The notes under the pieces are model-generated. The model was not told the origin of the DNA. It ran no database searches and saw nothing but the letters and a program-made list of their open reading frames with translations. A stretch of DNA of 64,000 bases from Flavobacteriales bacterium (GTDB taxonomy: Bacteria; Bacteroidota; Bacteroidia; Flavobacteriales; Flavobacteriaceae), in NCBI GenBank assembly GCA_038243395.1, contig JBBSRC010000005.1, positions 10,701 to 74,700 on the forward strand, given 5' to 3'. The position numbers and the translations under genes were made by a program. This document shows positions 9,943 through 19,676 of the stretch, in pieces. Every line of letters starts with the position of its first letter. Positions within the stretch are counted from its first letter, which is position 1.

Positions 9943-12900
9943 ATGAGAAACATTCTGGTTTTTTGTACCCTATTTTACTCGTTATCGATTTTTTCACAAG
10001 GCACCCAATTGTTGAGACAACCCACCATTTCAAAAACCGAAGTTGTTTTTATTTATGCCAACGATTTATGGAAGGCACCTATCAATGGCGGTACCGCAAT
10101 GCGATTGACCAGTGGCGAAGGGTACGAATCTGATCCACATTTTTCCAAAGACGGTAAGACCATTGCTTTTACGGCGGAATATGATGGCAATCCCGACGTA
10201 TATATCATTCCGTCAGAAGGAGGCGAACCAAAACGATTGACTTTTCATCCTGATGGCGATTATGTACAGGGCTGGACGCCAGAAAACAAAATTCTATTTC
10301 GTTCTGGCAGAGAAGGCAAACCCACCACATTGACAAAGTTTTATACTGTAACAACTGATGGCGGTTTTCCTGAGGCATTGGATATTCCCAGAGCTGCATA
10401 TGGCGATATTTCGGCGGATGGAAAATATATTGCCTACACACCAATTACCTCATGGGATCCGGAGTGGCGCAATTATCGAGGCGGACAGGCGATGCCCATC
10501 TGGATTGTAGATTTAAAGACAAAAGATTTGATTACTACGCCACAGTTGGATAAAGAAAGACATTTGGAACCTGTCTGGCTAAATGGTCTTGTTTACTATC
10601 TTTCAGAAAGGGATTATACCAGTAATATCTGGTCTTTTGATCCAGAGACCGAAACCGAAAAACAACTTACTTTTCATAAAAAATTTGACGTCAAAAGTTT
10701 AGATGCCAATCAAGAACAAATCGTTTATGAACAAGGCGGCTATCTCCATTTGTTAAATGTAGAAACCGGAAAAACAACCCAGTTGAATATTACGGCCACC
10801 GGCGATTTAAACTTTGCCAGACCTCGATGGGAGGATGTTTCAGCAAATAGTTTGAGCAATCCACAAATTTCTCCAAAAGGGATGCGTGCCATTTTTGAAC
10901 ATCGCGGAGAGATCTTTACTGTTCCTAAAAAAAACGGCTCTTGGCGGAATATTACTAACTCTTCAGGAGTTGCAGACAGAAGTCCGATTTGGTCACCAAA
11001 AGGCGATAAAATAGCATGGTTTTCTGATGCGAGTGGCGAATACAGGCTCGTGGTGGCAGACCAAGATGGAAGCAATCCACAAGAAATAACCTTACCCAAT
11101 GCCACTTTCTACTTTAAGCCTGAGTGGTCGAATGACGGAAAGTATATTGCGTACACGGACACCGATTATAATATTTGGGTGTTAAATTTAGAAACCAAAA
11201 AAGCAGTAAAAGCAGATACCGACCGCTATGCACATCCTGAGCGTTCAATGAATCCTGTTTGGTCTCCCGACAGCAAATGGATTGCTTATGCGAAACAAAA
11301 AGAAAGTCATTCAAAGCGATTTTCGTTTATAATATAGAAACCAACGAAAAGTTTCAAATTACCGACGGGATTGCTGATGCTATCAGCCCTGTTTGGGATG
11401 CTTCAGGAAAGTATATTTATACTTTGGCAAGTACCAATTACGGATTGACTTCTGGCTGGTTGGACATGAGTTCATATGATGTGAGTGTTACCAGAAGCCT
11501 ATATGCTATTGTCCTTAATAGTAAAGATGACGCTCCTATTATTCCAAAAACAGATGAAGAGAATTCTAAAACGATGAACGACAAATCAGAAGACGATAAA
11601 AAAGAGGACATAGACAAAAAAGACAAGAACAAAAAGAATGATTCTAAAGACAAAGATAAGCTAGCAGAAATCCCAAAAGTGGTCATCGATGAAGAAAATA
11701 TTTTCAATCGTGTCGTACCTCTACAACTTAAGGAAGGCAAATACGTCGAGTTAATCAAAGGCCCAAGGAATATCGTTTTTGTTGCTGAAAACATTCCTGG
11801 CGAAACTGGATCAAAAATCCACAGCTATAGTTTAGAAGACGGGAAAGCCACTAAGTATGCCAAAAACATTTCTGACATGGTCGTATCTGCAGATCGTGAA
11901 AATGCATTGATCAGACAAAACAACAATTGGAGTATTACCAACACTTCAAAACCTCTAAAAGATGAAGAAAAACTTAAAATGGATCTTAAAGTCAAAGTCG
12001 ACCCAAAAGCGGAGTACCACCAAATCTTTAAGGAAGGATGGCGTTTTATGCGTGATTTCTTATATGTAAACAACGTCCATGGCGCACCTTGGGATGAAAT
12101 TTATGAATGGTACGCCCCGTGGATTGACCATGTGCGACACCGAACAGATTTAAATTATGTCGTGGATATTATGAGTGGCGAGGTTTCCATTGGGCATTCC
12201 TATGTTTCCGGTGGCGATATGCCAAAAATAGATCGTGTGCCAGTAGGTTTATTAGGATGTGACTTTGAGTGGACCAAAGATGGCTATCGGATCAGTAAAA
12301 TTTATAATGGCGAACGCTGGAATCCTGGCACCTACCCGCCTCTTGGATTACCCGGAATTAATGTGAAGGAAGGATATTATATCCTTTCGATCAACGGAAA
12401 ATTGGTAACGCCAAAAGAGAACATCTACAGTCTATTGGAGCAAAAAGCCGACCGAGAAATCACGATTGAAGTGAATAATAAACCCTCACCAACTGGCGCC
12501 AAATCATTTTTGGTAAAACCTGTTTCCAATGAACGCGATCTGCGTTATATGGATTGGGTGGAAGGCAATCGCAAGAAAGTAGATGAGCTTTCCAATGGCA
12601 AACTGGCTTATGTATATGTTCCAAATACGAGTCAAGACGGATTTAAATCCTTTAATCGATATTACTTTTCTCAACAAGACAAAAAAGGTGTCATAATTGA
12701 TGAACGCAACAATGGCGGTGGATCGGCAGCAGATTATATGATCGACATCATGTCTCGTGAGCTCTTTGGATATTTCAACAGTAAAACCAACGACAACCGA
12801 CCGTGGACAACGCCAATGGCCGGAATTTGGGGGCCAAAAGTGATGCTTATTAACGAGCGCGCAGGTTCTGGAGGCGATTTGCTTCCCTATATGTTTAAAG

Positions 12901-13235
12901 CGAAAAACCTAGGACCACTTATCGGAACCAGAACTTGGGGAGGATTAGTCGGCACTTGGGACACACCTCTTTTTATTGACGGCGGTCGAATGGTGGCACC
13001 TCGTGGAGGCTTTTATGATGTTAATGGCGAATGGGCCGTTGAAGGCGAAGGTGTTTCGCCAGACATTGAAGTTATTCAAGAACCAAGGTTAAGTATGAAT
13101 GGCAATGATCCACAGTTGGAACGTGGCGTAAAAGAAGCCATGAAGTTATTAAAAACGCAAGAATTCCAGATGCAACCAGAACCAAAAGCACCGGTGCGCT
13201 GGAAACGTCCAGAAGGGTACAAAACTGAAAATTAA
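9943..13235 (+). pseudogene. Tricorn-like S41 protease (PD40 beta-propellers, PDZ, S41), split by a 1-nt deletion near 11310
   Basis: ORFs 9943..11337 and 11259..13235 join as ...KESH-FKAIFVYNIE if one T is added. Span is 3293 nt, one short of a whole codon count. Catalytic GHSY and GSGGD lie in the second ORF. Confidence 0.85.
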
Positions 13236-13253
13236 GGATTGAGCTATTTCGCG

Positions 13254-13360
13254 TTATTTCGCAGAGATACACAGAGAAACACGGAGTTGCACAGAGACTT
13301 TTGAGAAGATTTTAATTTTCATCTCTGTGCATCTCTATTTACTCCGTGAGACTTTGTGAA
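13254..13360. repeat. CACAGAG-family element with an inverted partner (imperfect long hairpin)
   Basis: Inner arms tgcacagaga (13288-13297) and tctctgtgca (13322-13331) are perfect inverted repeats; outer arms are degenerate. Confidence 0.75.
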
Positions 13361-13402
13361 ATACCTATATTTGCATCTTCTATTTTAATCAAAGAATCAT
13401 TC

Positions 13403-14122
13403 GTGGCAAGTCCAAAAAAAATAATAAAAATCGTAGCAGGAACCATTATCTTCTTTACGCTACCAACCCTCCTCCTATTTAGTTTTTTATACTTTAAATA
13501 CAATGAAGAATTGCCCACAGGAGTCAAAGGTCCGCAAGCAGATCAATTAGCCACCAAAATGTTAAATGCACTCGATTATGAGGCTTATAAAAACACCAAT
13601 TATTTAGAATGGACTTTTAAAAAACGCCATCATTTTAAATGGAATAAAGCCGAAAATACCTGTGAAGTGTATTGGAGCGATTATAAAATCCAACTCGATT
13701 TGAACGATACCTCAAAAAGCGAAGCTTTTCAAAATGACACTAAAGTTGACGTGGACAAATCAAAAAAACTCATTGAGAAAGCAATTGCTTATTTTAATAA
13801 CGATTCGTTTTGGTTAGTCGGCCCCTATAAAGTATTTGATCCTGGAACAGAACGTAGTTTGGTGACTTTAGAAAATGGCTCAGAAGCACTTTTAGTAACT
13901 TATACTTCTGGAGGAACAACGCCAGGCGATTCTTATCTGTGGCATCTAGATACATCTGGCAAACCAATAAGTTTTCAAATGTGGGTGGACATTCTGCCAA
14001 TTAACGGATTGGAAGCTTCTTGGAGCGATTGGACAACAACTGAGAGTGGTGCGCAATTACCAACCTTTCACAAGTTCATGGTTTTCGGAATGGAAATCAC
14101 GGATATTGTGGGAAGAAAATAG
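13403..14122 (+). CDS. Conserved hypothetical membrane-anchored protein (start revised to GTG at 13403)
   Basis: Long ORF with an N-terminal TM helix, FNNDSFWL and GGTTPGDSYLW; TATATTTG at 13366-13373. Confidence 0.75.
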   Translation: MASPKKIIKIVAGTIIFFTLPTLLLFSFLYFKYNEELPTGVKGPQADQLATKMLNALDYEAYKNTNYLEWTFKKRHHFKWNKAENTCEVYWSDYKIQLDLNDTSKSEAFQNDTKVDVDKSKKLIEKAIAYFNNDSFWLVGPYKVFDPGTERSLVTLENGSEALLVTYTSGGTTPGDSYLWHLDTSGKPISFQMWVDILPINGLEASWSDWTTTESGAQLPTFHKFMVFGMEITDIVGRK

Positions 14123-14134
14123 TGTTATTTGGAC

Positions 14135-14179
14135 GCTATTACGCAAAGTTCCACAGGGAAAACATAGAGTTTCGCAAAG
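14135..14179 (+). repeat. Dispersed ~45-bp ACGCAGAG/ACACAGAG element, copy 3
   Basis: Near-identical to 6065-6110; begins 12 bp after a stop codon. Confidence 0.8.
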
Positions 14180-14331
14180 AAACGTGTATTAGCAAAACCC
14201 TTTATCTGAGCACTATTCATCACCAACTAAAATCCGGTAACTACACTACGGTCTGCAACCCTTAAGACTGAGAATGAGACTGCTAACTGCTCGCCCATCG
14301 GTAGCTTTTGCGAAGGCGGGAAGACTGAACC

Positions 14332-14853
14332 CTAACTCTTCAGCCCCACAAAGTTTTGGCTAGCATGTTTGAACAACACATTAAACGTGGTCAAACTGCC
14401 ATAGCATCTTGTGATATATTGCTGCAAATCTATTTTGTCTTGTTCTTCCAATTTACTGCTGTTGATTTTTTGTTCCATCACTCGCAAGCGGTCTCGAACC
14501 ATGGTTATTTTATGAAAAAATGTGTCCATTGGTATTTCGTTCGATTTTAGATTACGATCTCCAGGTTGCAGGATGAGTTTACCACCTTTCCACTTATCAG
14601 CAATTGACACGACTTCGCTCACATCGCTCCATTGTTTCAAAATGGTTTTTAAAGTATGTTCCACTTCATGAAAACTGACGGTATCTACATCATCTTCTGC
14701 AGCTTCAATGACTTCAAATTCAGCGTCGATCTCGATCGTTTCTAATCCACTATCAATAAACGTCACCCAATAATGTTTGGAGGTCACGTTGGTAACAACA
14801 CCTTTACCAAATTCTGGGTGGTTGATTCTTGAGCTAATTCCTAGTAATTGCAT
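14332..14853 (-). CDS. Hypothetical protein (SH3-like N-terminus HPEFGKGVV, helical C-terminus)
   Basis: 173-aa ORF with protein-like composition; minus-strand TAATTTTG at 14941-14948. Confidence 0.75.
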   Translation of the reverse strand: MQLLGISSRINHPEFGKGVVTNVTSKHYWVTFIDSGLETIEIDAEFEVIEAAEDDVDTVSFHEVEHTLKTILKQWSDVSEVVSIADKWKGGKLILQPGDRNLKSNEIPMDTFFHKITMVRDRLRVMEQKINSSKLEEQDKIDLQQYITRCYGSLTTFNVLFKHASQNFVGLKS

Positions 14854-15158
14854 TGAAAAATGTTTTTTTTCATTCCCTCGATTCCAAAAGCGATCGAAAG
14901 GAATTAATGTTAGATTATATAAATCATTTCTACTTTAGTGCAAAATTACGTCATAGAGCAATGCACTTTTGTAATGAACCACAAGTATATTACTTTTTTT
15001 AAGGTATTTGAAACTGAGATATATAATTATAAGCGCTTTTAATAAAGAATAAACACAACATGTGTTACCCTCCTTCAGAGATTCTATTAACTAAAACCCA
15101 AGTACTTATTTAACAAAACTCTAAGGTTACCCCACTTCATAATTTAATGCAGAAACTG

Positions 15159-15166
15159 TATCTTTG
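15159..15166 (+). promoter_or_regulatory. -7 promoter element upstream of uvrA (TATCTTTG)
   Basis: Matches TAnnTTTG, 60 bp before the ATG. Confidence 0.55.
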
Positions 15167-15226
15167 CATCCCTGTTTAATTTACTAAGCAGTCACATGAT
15201 TTTGCTAAAGCCCATTCTACTATTCC

Positions 15227-18079
15227 ATGAGTAAATTTGAAGATACTATTGAGGTTCAAGGCGCGCGCGTTCACAACCTAAAAAATATAGATGTTTCCAT
15301 TCCCCGTGAAAAACTTGTCGTTATAACAGGTCTGTCTGGAAGTGGCAAATCGTCATTGGCTTTTGATACTATTTATGCTGAAGGTCAACGCCGATATATT
15401 GAGACATTTTCGGCATATGCTCGTCAGTTCTTAGGTGGTCTGGAGCGTCCTGATGTAGATAAGATTGATGGCCTCTCGCCTGTTATCGCAATTGAACAAA
15501 AAACCACCAGTAAGTCGCCACGTTCTACGGTAGGCACTATTACGGAGATTTATGACTTTTTACGTTTATTATATGCTAGAGCAAGTGATGCTTACAGCTA
15601 TAATACTGGCGAAAAAATGGTCAGTTATACCGATGAACAAATTAAAAGTCTGATCAAAGAAAGTTTTAACGGAAAACGCATCAATATTTTAGCGCCTGTG
15701 ATCCGTTCACGTAAAGGGCATTATCGCGAATTGTTTGAGCAGATCGCAAAACAAGGTTTTGTAAAAGTACGTGCAGATGGAGAAGTGAAAGATTTGGTCA
15801 AAGGCATGCAATTGGACCGCTACAAAACACACGATATTGAAATTGTCATTGATCGTCTTAAAATTGATGAATCTGACGATAATGACAAACGCCTCGCAGA
15901 AACCATCAATACGGCTATGTATCACGGTGATGACATCCTTATGGTCTTAGATCAGGACACTAATGAAACACGGTATTTTAGCCGAAGTTTAATGTGCGCT
16001 ACCTCAGGAATCTCTTACCCCAATCCTGAGCCGAATAATTTTTCATTCAATTCGCCTAAAGGGGCGTGTCCAAAATGTAACGGAATTGGAAAATTATATC
16101 AAGTCAATGATAAAAAGATCATCCCTGATCCCAGTCTTTCCATCAAAGCGGGAGCTTTGGCTCCTCATGGTCCGTATAAAAACAGCTGGATTTTTAAGCA
16201 GTTTGAAACGATCGCACAACGTTATAACTTTCAGTTGACTGATCCTTATAAGGACATTCCGGCAGAGGCCAAAAAAATGATTTTATATGGTGGCAACGAA
16301 AAATTTTCCGTAGAAAGCAAAACGCTCGGTGTTACACGAGATTATAAAATTGATTTTGAAGGCGTTGCAAATTTCATTGAAAATCAATTTATAAATGCAG
16401 AAACAACCTCTTTGAAACGTTGGGCCAAAGATTATATGGACAAGGTAGAATGTGATGCCTGTCATGGTTCACGTTTACGTCAGGAATCACTTTACTTTAA
16501 AGTCAACGGCCTTAATATTGCTGAATTATCCAATATGGATATTAGTGATTTAGCCGAATGGTTTTCTGTTTTGGCACCAAAATTATCGACCAAGCAGTTG
16601 CAGATTTCTGAAGAAATCATCAAGGAGATCAGAACCCGTGTTCAATTTCTTTTAGATGTTGGCTTGGAATACCTATCCCTTAACAGAAGTTCAAAATCAT
16701 TATCAGGTGGTGAGGCGCAACGCATTCGATTGGCGACTCAAATCGGCTCACAATTGGTAGGCGTACTTTATATATTGGACGAACCAAGTATTGGACTGCA
16801 CCAACGCGACAACGAGAAATTGATCAATTCGTTAATAGCACTTCGTGATATTGGTAATTCTGTTATTGTGGTGGAACACGATAAGGACATGATCGAAAGT
16901 GCGGATTATGTGATTGATATCGGACCCAAAGCAGGAAAATATGGAGGAGAGATTATCAGTGTGGGTACACCGGAAGAATTAAAAACACATCACACGCTTA
17001 CGGCAGATTATCTTAATGGCACTAAACAAATCGAAATTCCTAAAAAACGCCGTGAAGGCAATGGGAAGTTTATAGAACTTAAAGGTTGTACAGGAAATAA
17101 CTTGAAAAACGTCTCTGTAAAATTTCCATTGGGAATGATGATTGGCGTGACCGGTGTTTCTGGCAGTGGGAAATCTACTTTAATCAATGAAACGCTATAC
17201 CCTATTCTGAATGCCTATTACTTTAATGGTGTAAAAAAACCGATGCCTTATAAAAGTATAAAGGGATTAGAACATATTGATAAAGTCATTGATATTAACC
17301 AATCGCCAATTGGAAGAACACCAAGAAGCAATCCTGCCACCTACACTAAGACTTTTGACGAAATTAGAAGTCTATTTGCGAAAATTCCAGAAGCCATGAT
17401 TCGCGGCTATAAACCAGGGCGTTTTAGTTTTAACGTTAAAGGTGGTCGTTGCGAAACCTGTCAAGGTGCAGGTTTACGAGTTATTGAAATGAATTTCTTA
17501 CCTGATGTTTATGTAGAATGTGAAACCTGCCAAGGCAGACGTTTCAATAGAGAAACCTTGGAAATTCGTTACAAAGGAAAATCGATTAGCGATACTTTAG
17601 ACATGACCATTAATGAAGCCGTCGAATTTTTTGAACATATCCCAAAAATCCACAACAAATTAAAAACCATTAAAGATGTTGGTTTAGGCTATATCACATT
17701 AGGACAACAAAGCACTACCCTTTCAGGTGGTGAGGCGCAACGTATTAAATTAGCTACAGAATTGAGCAAGCGCGATACGGGAAATACCTTTTATATTTTG
17801 GATGAACCAACAACGGGTCTACACTTCGAAGATATTAGAGTCTTAATGAATGTTCTTAATAGTTTAGTCAATAAAGGGAATACCATCTTAATTATTGAAC
17901 ACAATATGGATGTCATCAAAACTGTAGATTATATTATTGATATAGGTTACGAAGGTGGCAAAGGTGGTGGGCAAGTAATTGTTGAAGGAACTCCAGAAGT
18001 CGTGGCCAAACACAAGAAAAGTTATACCGCAAAATTCCTAAAAAGAGAGCTCGAAATTCAGAAAAACCAATCAGTTTGA
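15227..18079 (+). CDS. uvrA: Excinuclease ABC subunit A
   Basis: Two ABC ATPase modules ([25 protein letters not shown] twice) and Zn-finger CxxC pairs. Confidence 0.99.
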   Translation: MSKFEDTIEVQGARVHNLKNIDVSIPREKLVVITGLSGSGKSSLAFDTIYAEGQRRYIETFSAYARQFLGGLERPDVDKIDGLSPVIAIEQKTTSKSPRSTVGTITEIYDFLRLLYARASDAYSYNTGEKMVSYTDEQIKSLIKESFNGKRINILAPVIRSRKGHYRELFEQIAKQGFVKVRADGEVKDLVKGMQLDRYKTHDIEIVIDRLKIDESDDNDKRLAETINTAMYHGDDILMVLDQDTNETRYFSRSLMCATSGISYPNPEPNNFSFNSPKGACPKCNGIGKLYQVNDKKIIPDPSLSIKAGALAPHGPYKNSWIFKQFETIAQRYNFQLTDPYKDIPAEAKKMILYGGNEKFSVESKTLGVTRDYKIDFEGVANFIENQFINAETTSLKRWAKDYMDKVECDACHGSRLRQESLYFKVNGLNIAELSNMDISDLAEWFSVLAPKLSTKQLQISEEIIKEIRTRVQFLLDVGLEYLSLNRSSKSLSGGEAQRIRLATQIGSQLVGVLYILDEPSIGLHQRDNEKLINSLIALRDIGNSVIVVEHDKDMIESADYVIDIGPKAGKYGGEIISVGTPEELKTHHTLTADYLNGTKQIEIPKKRREGNGKFIELKGCTGNNLKNVSVKFPLGMMIGVTGVSGSGKSTLINETLYPILNAYYFNGVKKPMPYKSIKGLEHIDKVIDINQSPIGRTPRSNPATYTKTFDEIRSLFAKIPEAMIRGYKPGRFSFNVKGGRCETCQGAGLRVIEMNFLPDVYVECETCQGRRFNRETLEIRYKGKSISDTLDMTINEAVEFFEHIPKIHNKLKTIKDVGLGYITLGQQSTTLSGGEAQRIKLATELSKRDTGNTFYILDEPTTGLHFEDIRVLMNVLNSLVNKGNTILIIEHNMDVIKTVDYIIDIGYEGGKGGGQVIVEGTPEVVAKHKKSYTAKFLKRELEIQKNQSV

Positions 18080-18178
18080 CAACATCATAAAACAACTCTT
18101 ATTAATTGTGTTAAAATTTAATGCGTATCAGCGCATTCAAGATGTTGAATTTTTAGTATATTAGTACTATAACTTTAA

Positions 18179-18358
<180 letters not shown>

Positions 18359-18394
18359 GTAAGCTTTAGCTAGATTATACAAAATTAATATCAC

Positions 18395-18422
18395 AAGGCA
18401 AATCTCTCGATTTGCCTTTTTC
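18395..18422 (+). terminator. Rho-independent terminator
   Basis: aaggcaaat-ctctcg-atttgcctt followed by a T tract. Confidence 0.75.
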
Positions 18423-18701
18423 TATTTAGTTCATGTCACTGAGCGTCAGAAAGCTTTGAAAAATTCTGTTTCACAGCATGTCAATTGTTCAAATGCTCAT
18501 TTAAAACGAAACCCCCTTCAGCATTTACATTTCATCTCCTTTATATTTTTAAAATTGATTCAATAGAACTTATTAGGTTATTTTCTATTAAATTTGTCTG
18601 TTTTGGCAATTCCGAAGAAAGAAAATAGAGGATAGATCCTGAAAGAAAGACGTTAAAATAAAGAGACTAGAGTTAGAAATACATTTTCCCAAAAACCGGA
18701 A

Positions 18702-18747
18702 ACTGCTGACAACAGACTGCAGACTGCTGACTGCTGTCTGCCGACTA
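18702..18747 (+). repeat. Degenerate ~7-bp periodic ACTGCTG/AGACTGC tract
   Basis: actgctgacaacagactgcagactgctgactgctgtctgccgact. Confidence 0.6.
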
Positions 18748-18802
18748 TAAACCGTGTTCTTCATAAATATAAACAAAATAAAATCAATAAAGAATATTAC
18801 GA

Positions 18803-19492
18803 ATGAGATTAGAAAAACATAGTAAAGCTTGGAATGAAATAAAAACAAATGACTCTTGGGCCATTTTTAAAATTATGGGCGAGTTTGTAAACGGGTATGA
18901 AAAACTAAGCAAAATTGGACCTTGTGTTTCCATTTTCGGCTCAGCTCGTACCAAGCCAGATCATAAATATTATAAATTGGCAGAAGAAGTTGCGAAAAAA
19001 ATTGTTGAACATGGTTATGGTGTCATCACTGGTGGTGGTCCAGGAATCATGGAAGCCGGAAATAAAGGTGCACATATCGCAGGAGGAACTTCTGTTGGCC
19101 TGAACATTGATTTACCATTCGAACAACACGACAATCCTTATATAGATGCTGACAAAAGTTTAGATTTTGATTATTTTTTTGTGAGAAAGGTCATGTTTGT
19201 AAAATACTCTCAAGGATTTGTAGTCATGCCCGGTGGTTTTGGAACTTTGGACGAATTATTTGAAGCCATTACGCTGATTCAAACCAATAAAATTGAAGAG
19301 TTTCCGATCATTCTAGTGGGCACTGAATTTTGGGAAGGCCTTTTAGAATGGATAAAATCTAAACTTTTGGATTCATTTAATACAATCAGCGCAAAAGACT
19401 TAGATCTTGTTCATTTAGTTGATACTCCTGACGAAGTCATAAAAATATTAAACGACTTTTATAAAGAATTTGAGTTGAGTCCGAATTTCTAA
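18803..19492 (+). CDS. LOG family (TIGR00730 Rossmann-fold) protein
   Basis: FGSAR, TGGGPGIMEA, PGGFGTLDELFE. Confidence 0.93.
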   Translation: MRLEKHSKAWNEIKTNDSWAIFKIMGEFVNGYEKLSKIGPCVSIFGSARTKPDHKYYKLAEEVAKKIVEHGYGVITGGGPGIMEAGNKGAHIAGGTSVGLNIDLPFEQHDNPYIDADKSLDFDYFFVRKVMFVKYSQGFVVMPGGFGTLDELFEAITLIQTNKIEEFPIILVGTEFWEGLLEWIKSKLLDSFNTISAKDLDLVHLVDTPDEVIKILNDFYKEFELSPNF

Positions 19493-19676
19493 CTTTTGCG
19501 CAACTACTTAATTCTATTAGTTCGATAGTATAAATAAATTATAATTCGTAAAGCGATATTGGCTGAAGATAAATACGTAAATCATTTCAAAACATCTCTT
19601 AAAACCCTAAGCACTATAAATTCGGTATTTCATTTGTTCGCAATAGTTCGTACTTAAAAATTAAAACCTTTAAAGT

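Noticed and set aside
18588-18848. 86-aa minus-strand ORF
   Set aside because: Runs through the ACTGCTG tract and antisense to the LOG start; composition reflects the repeat.
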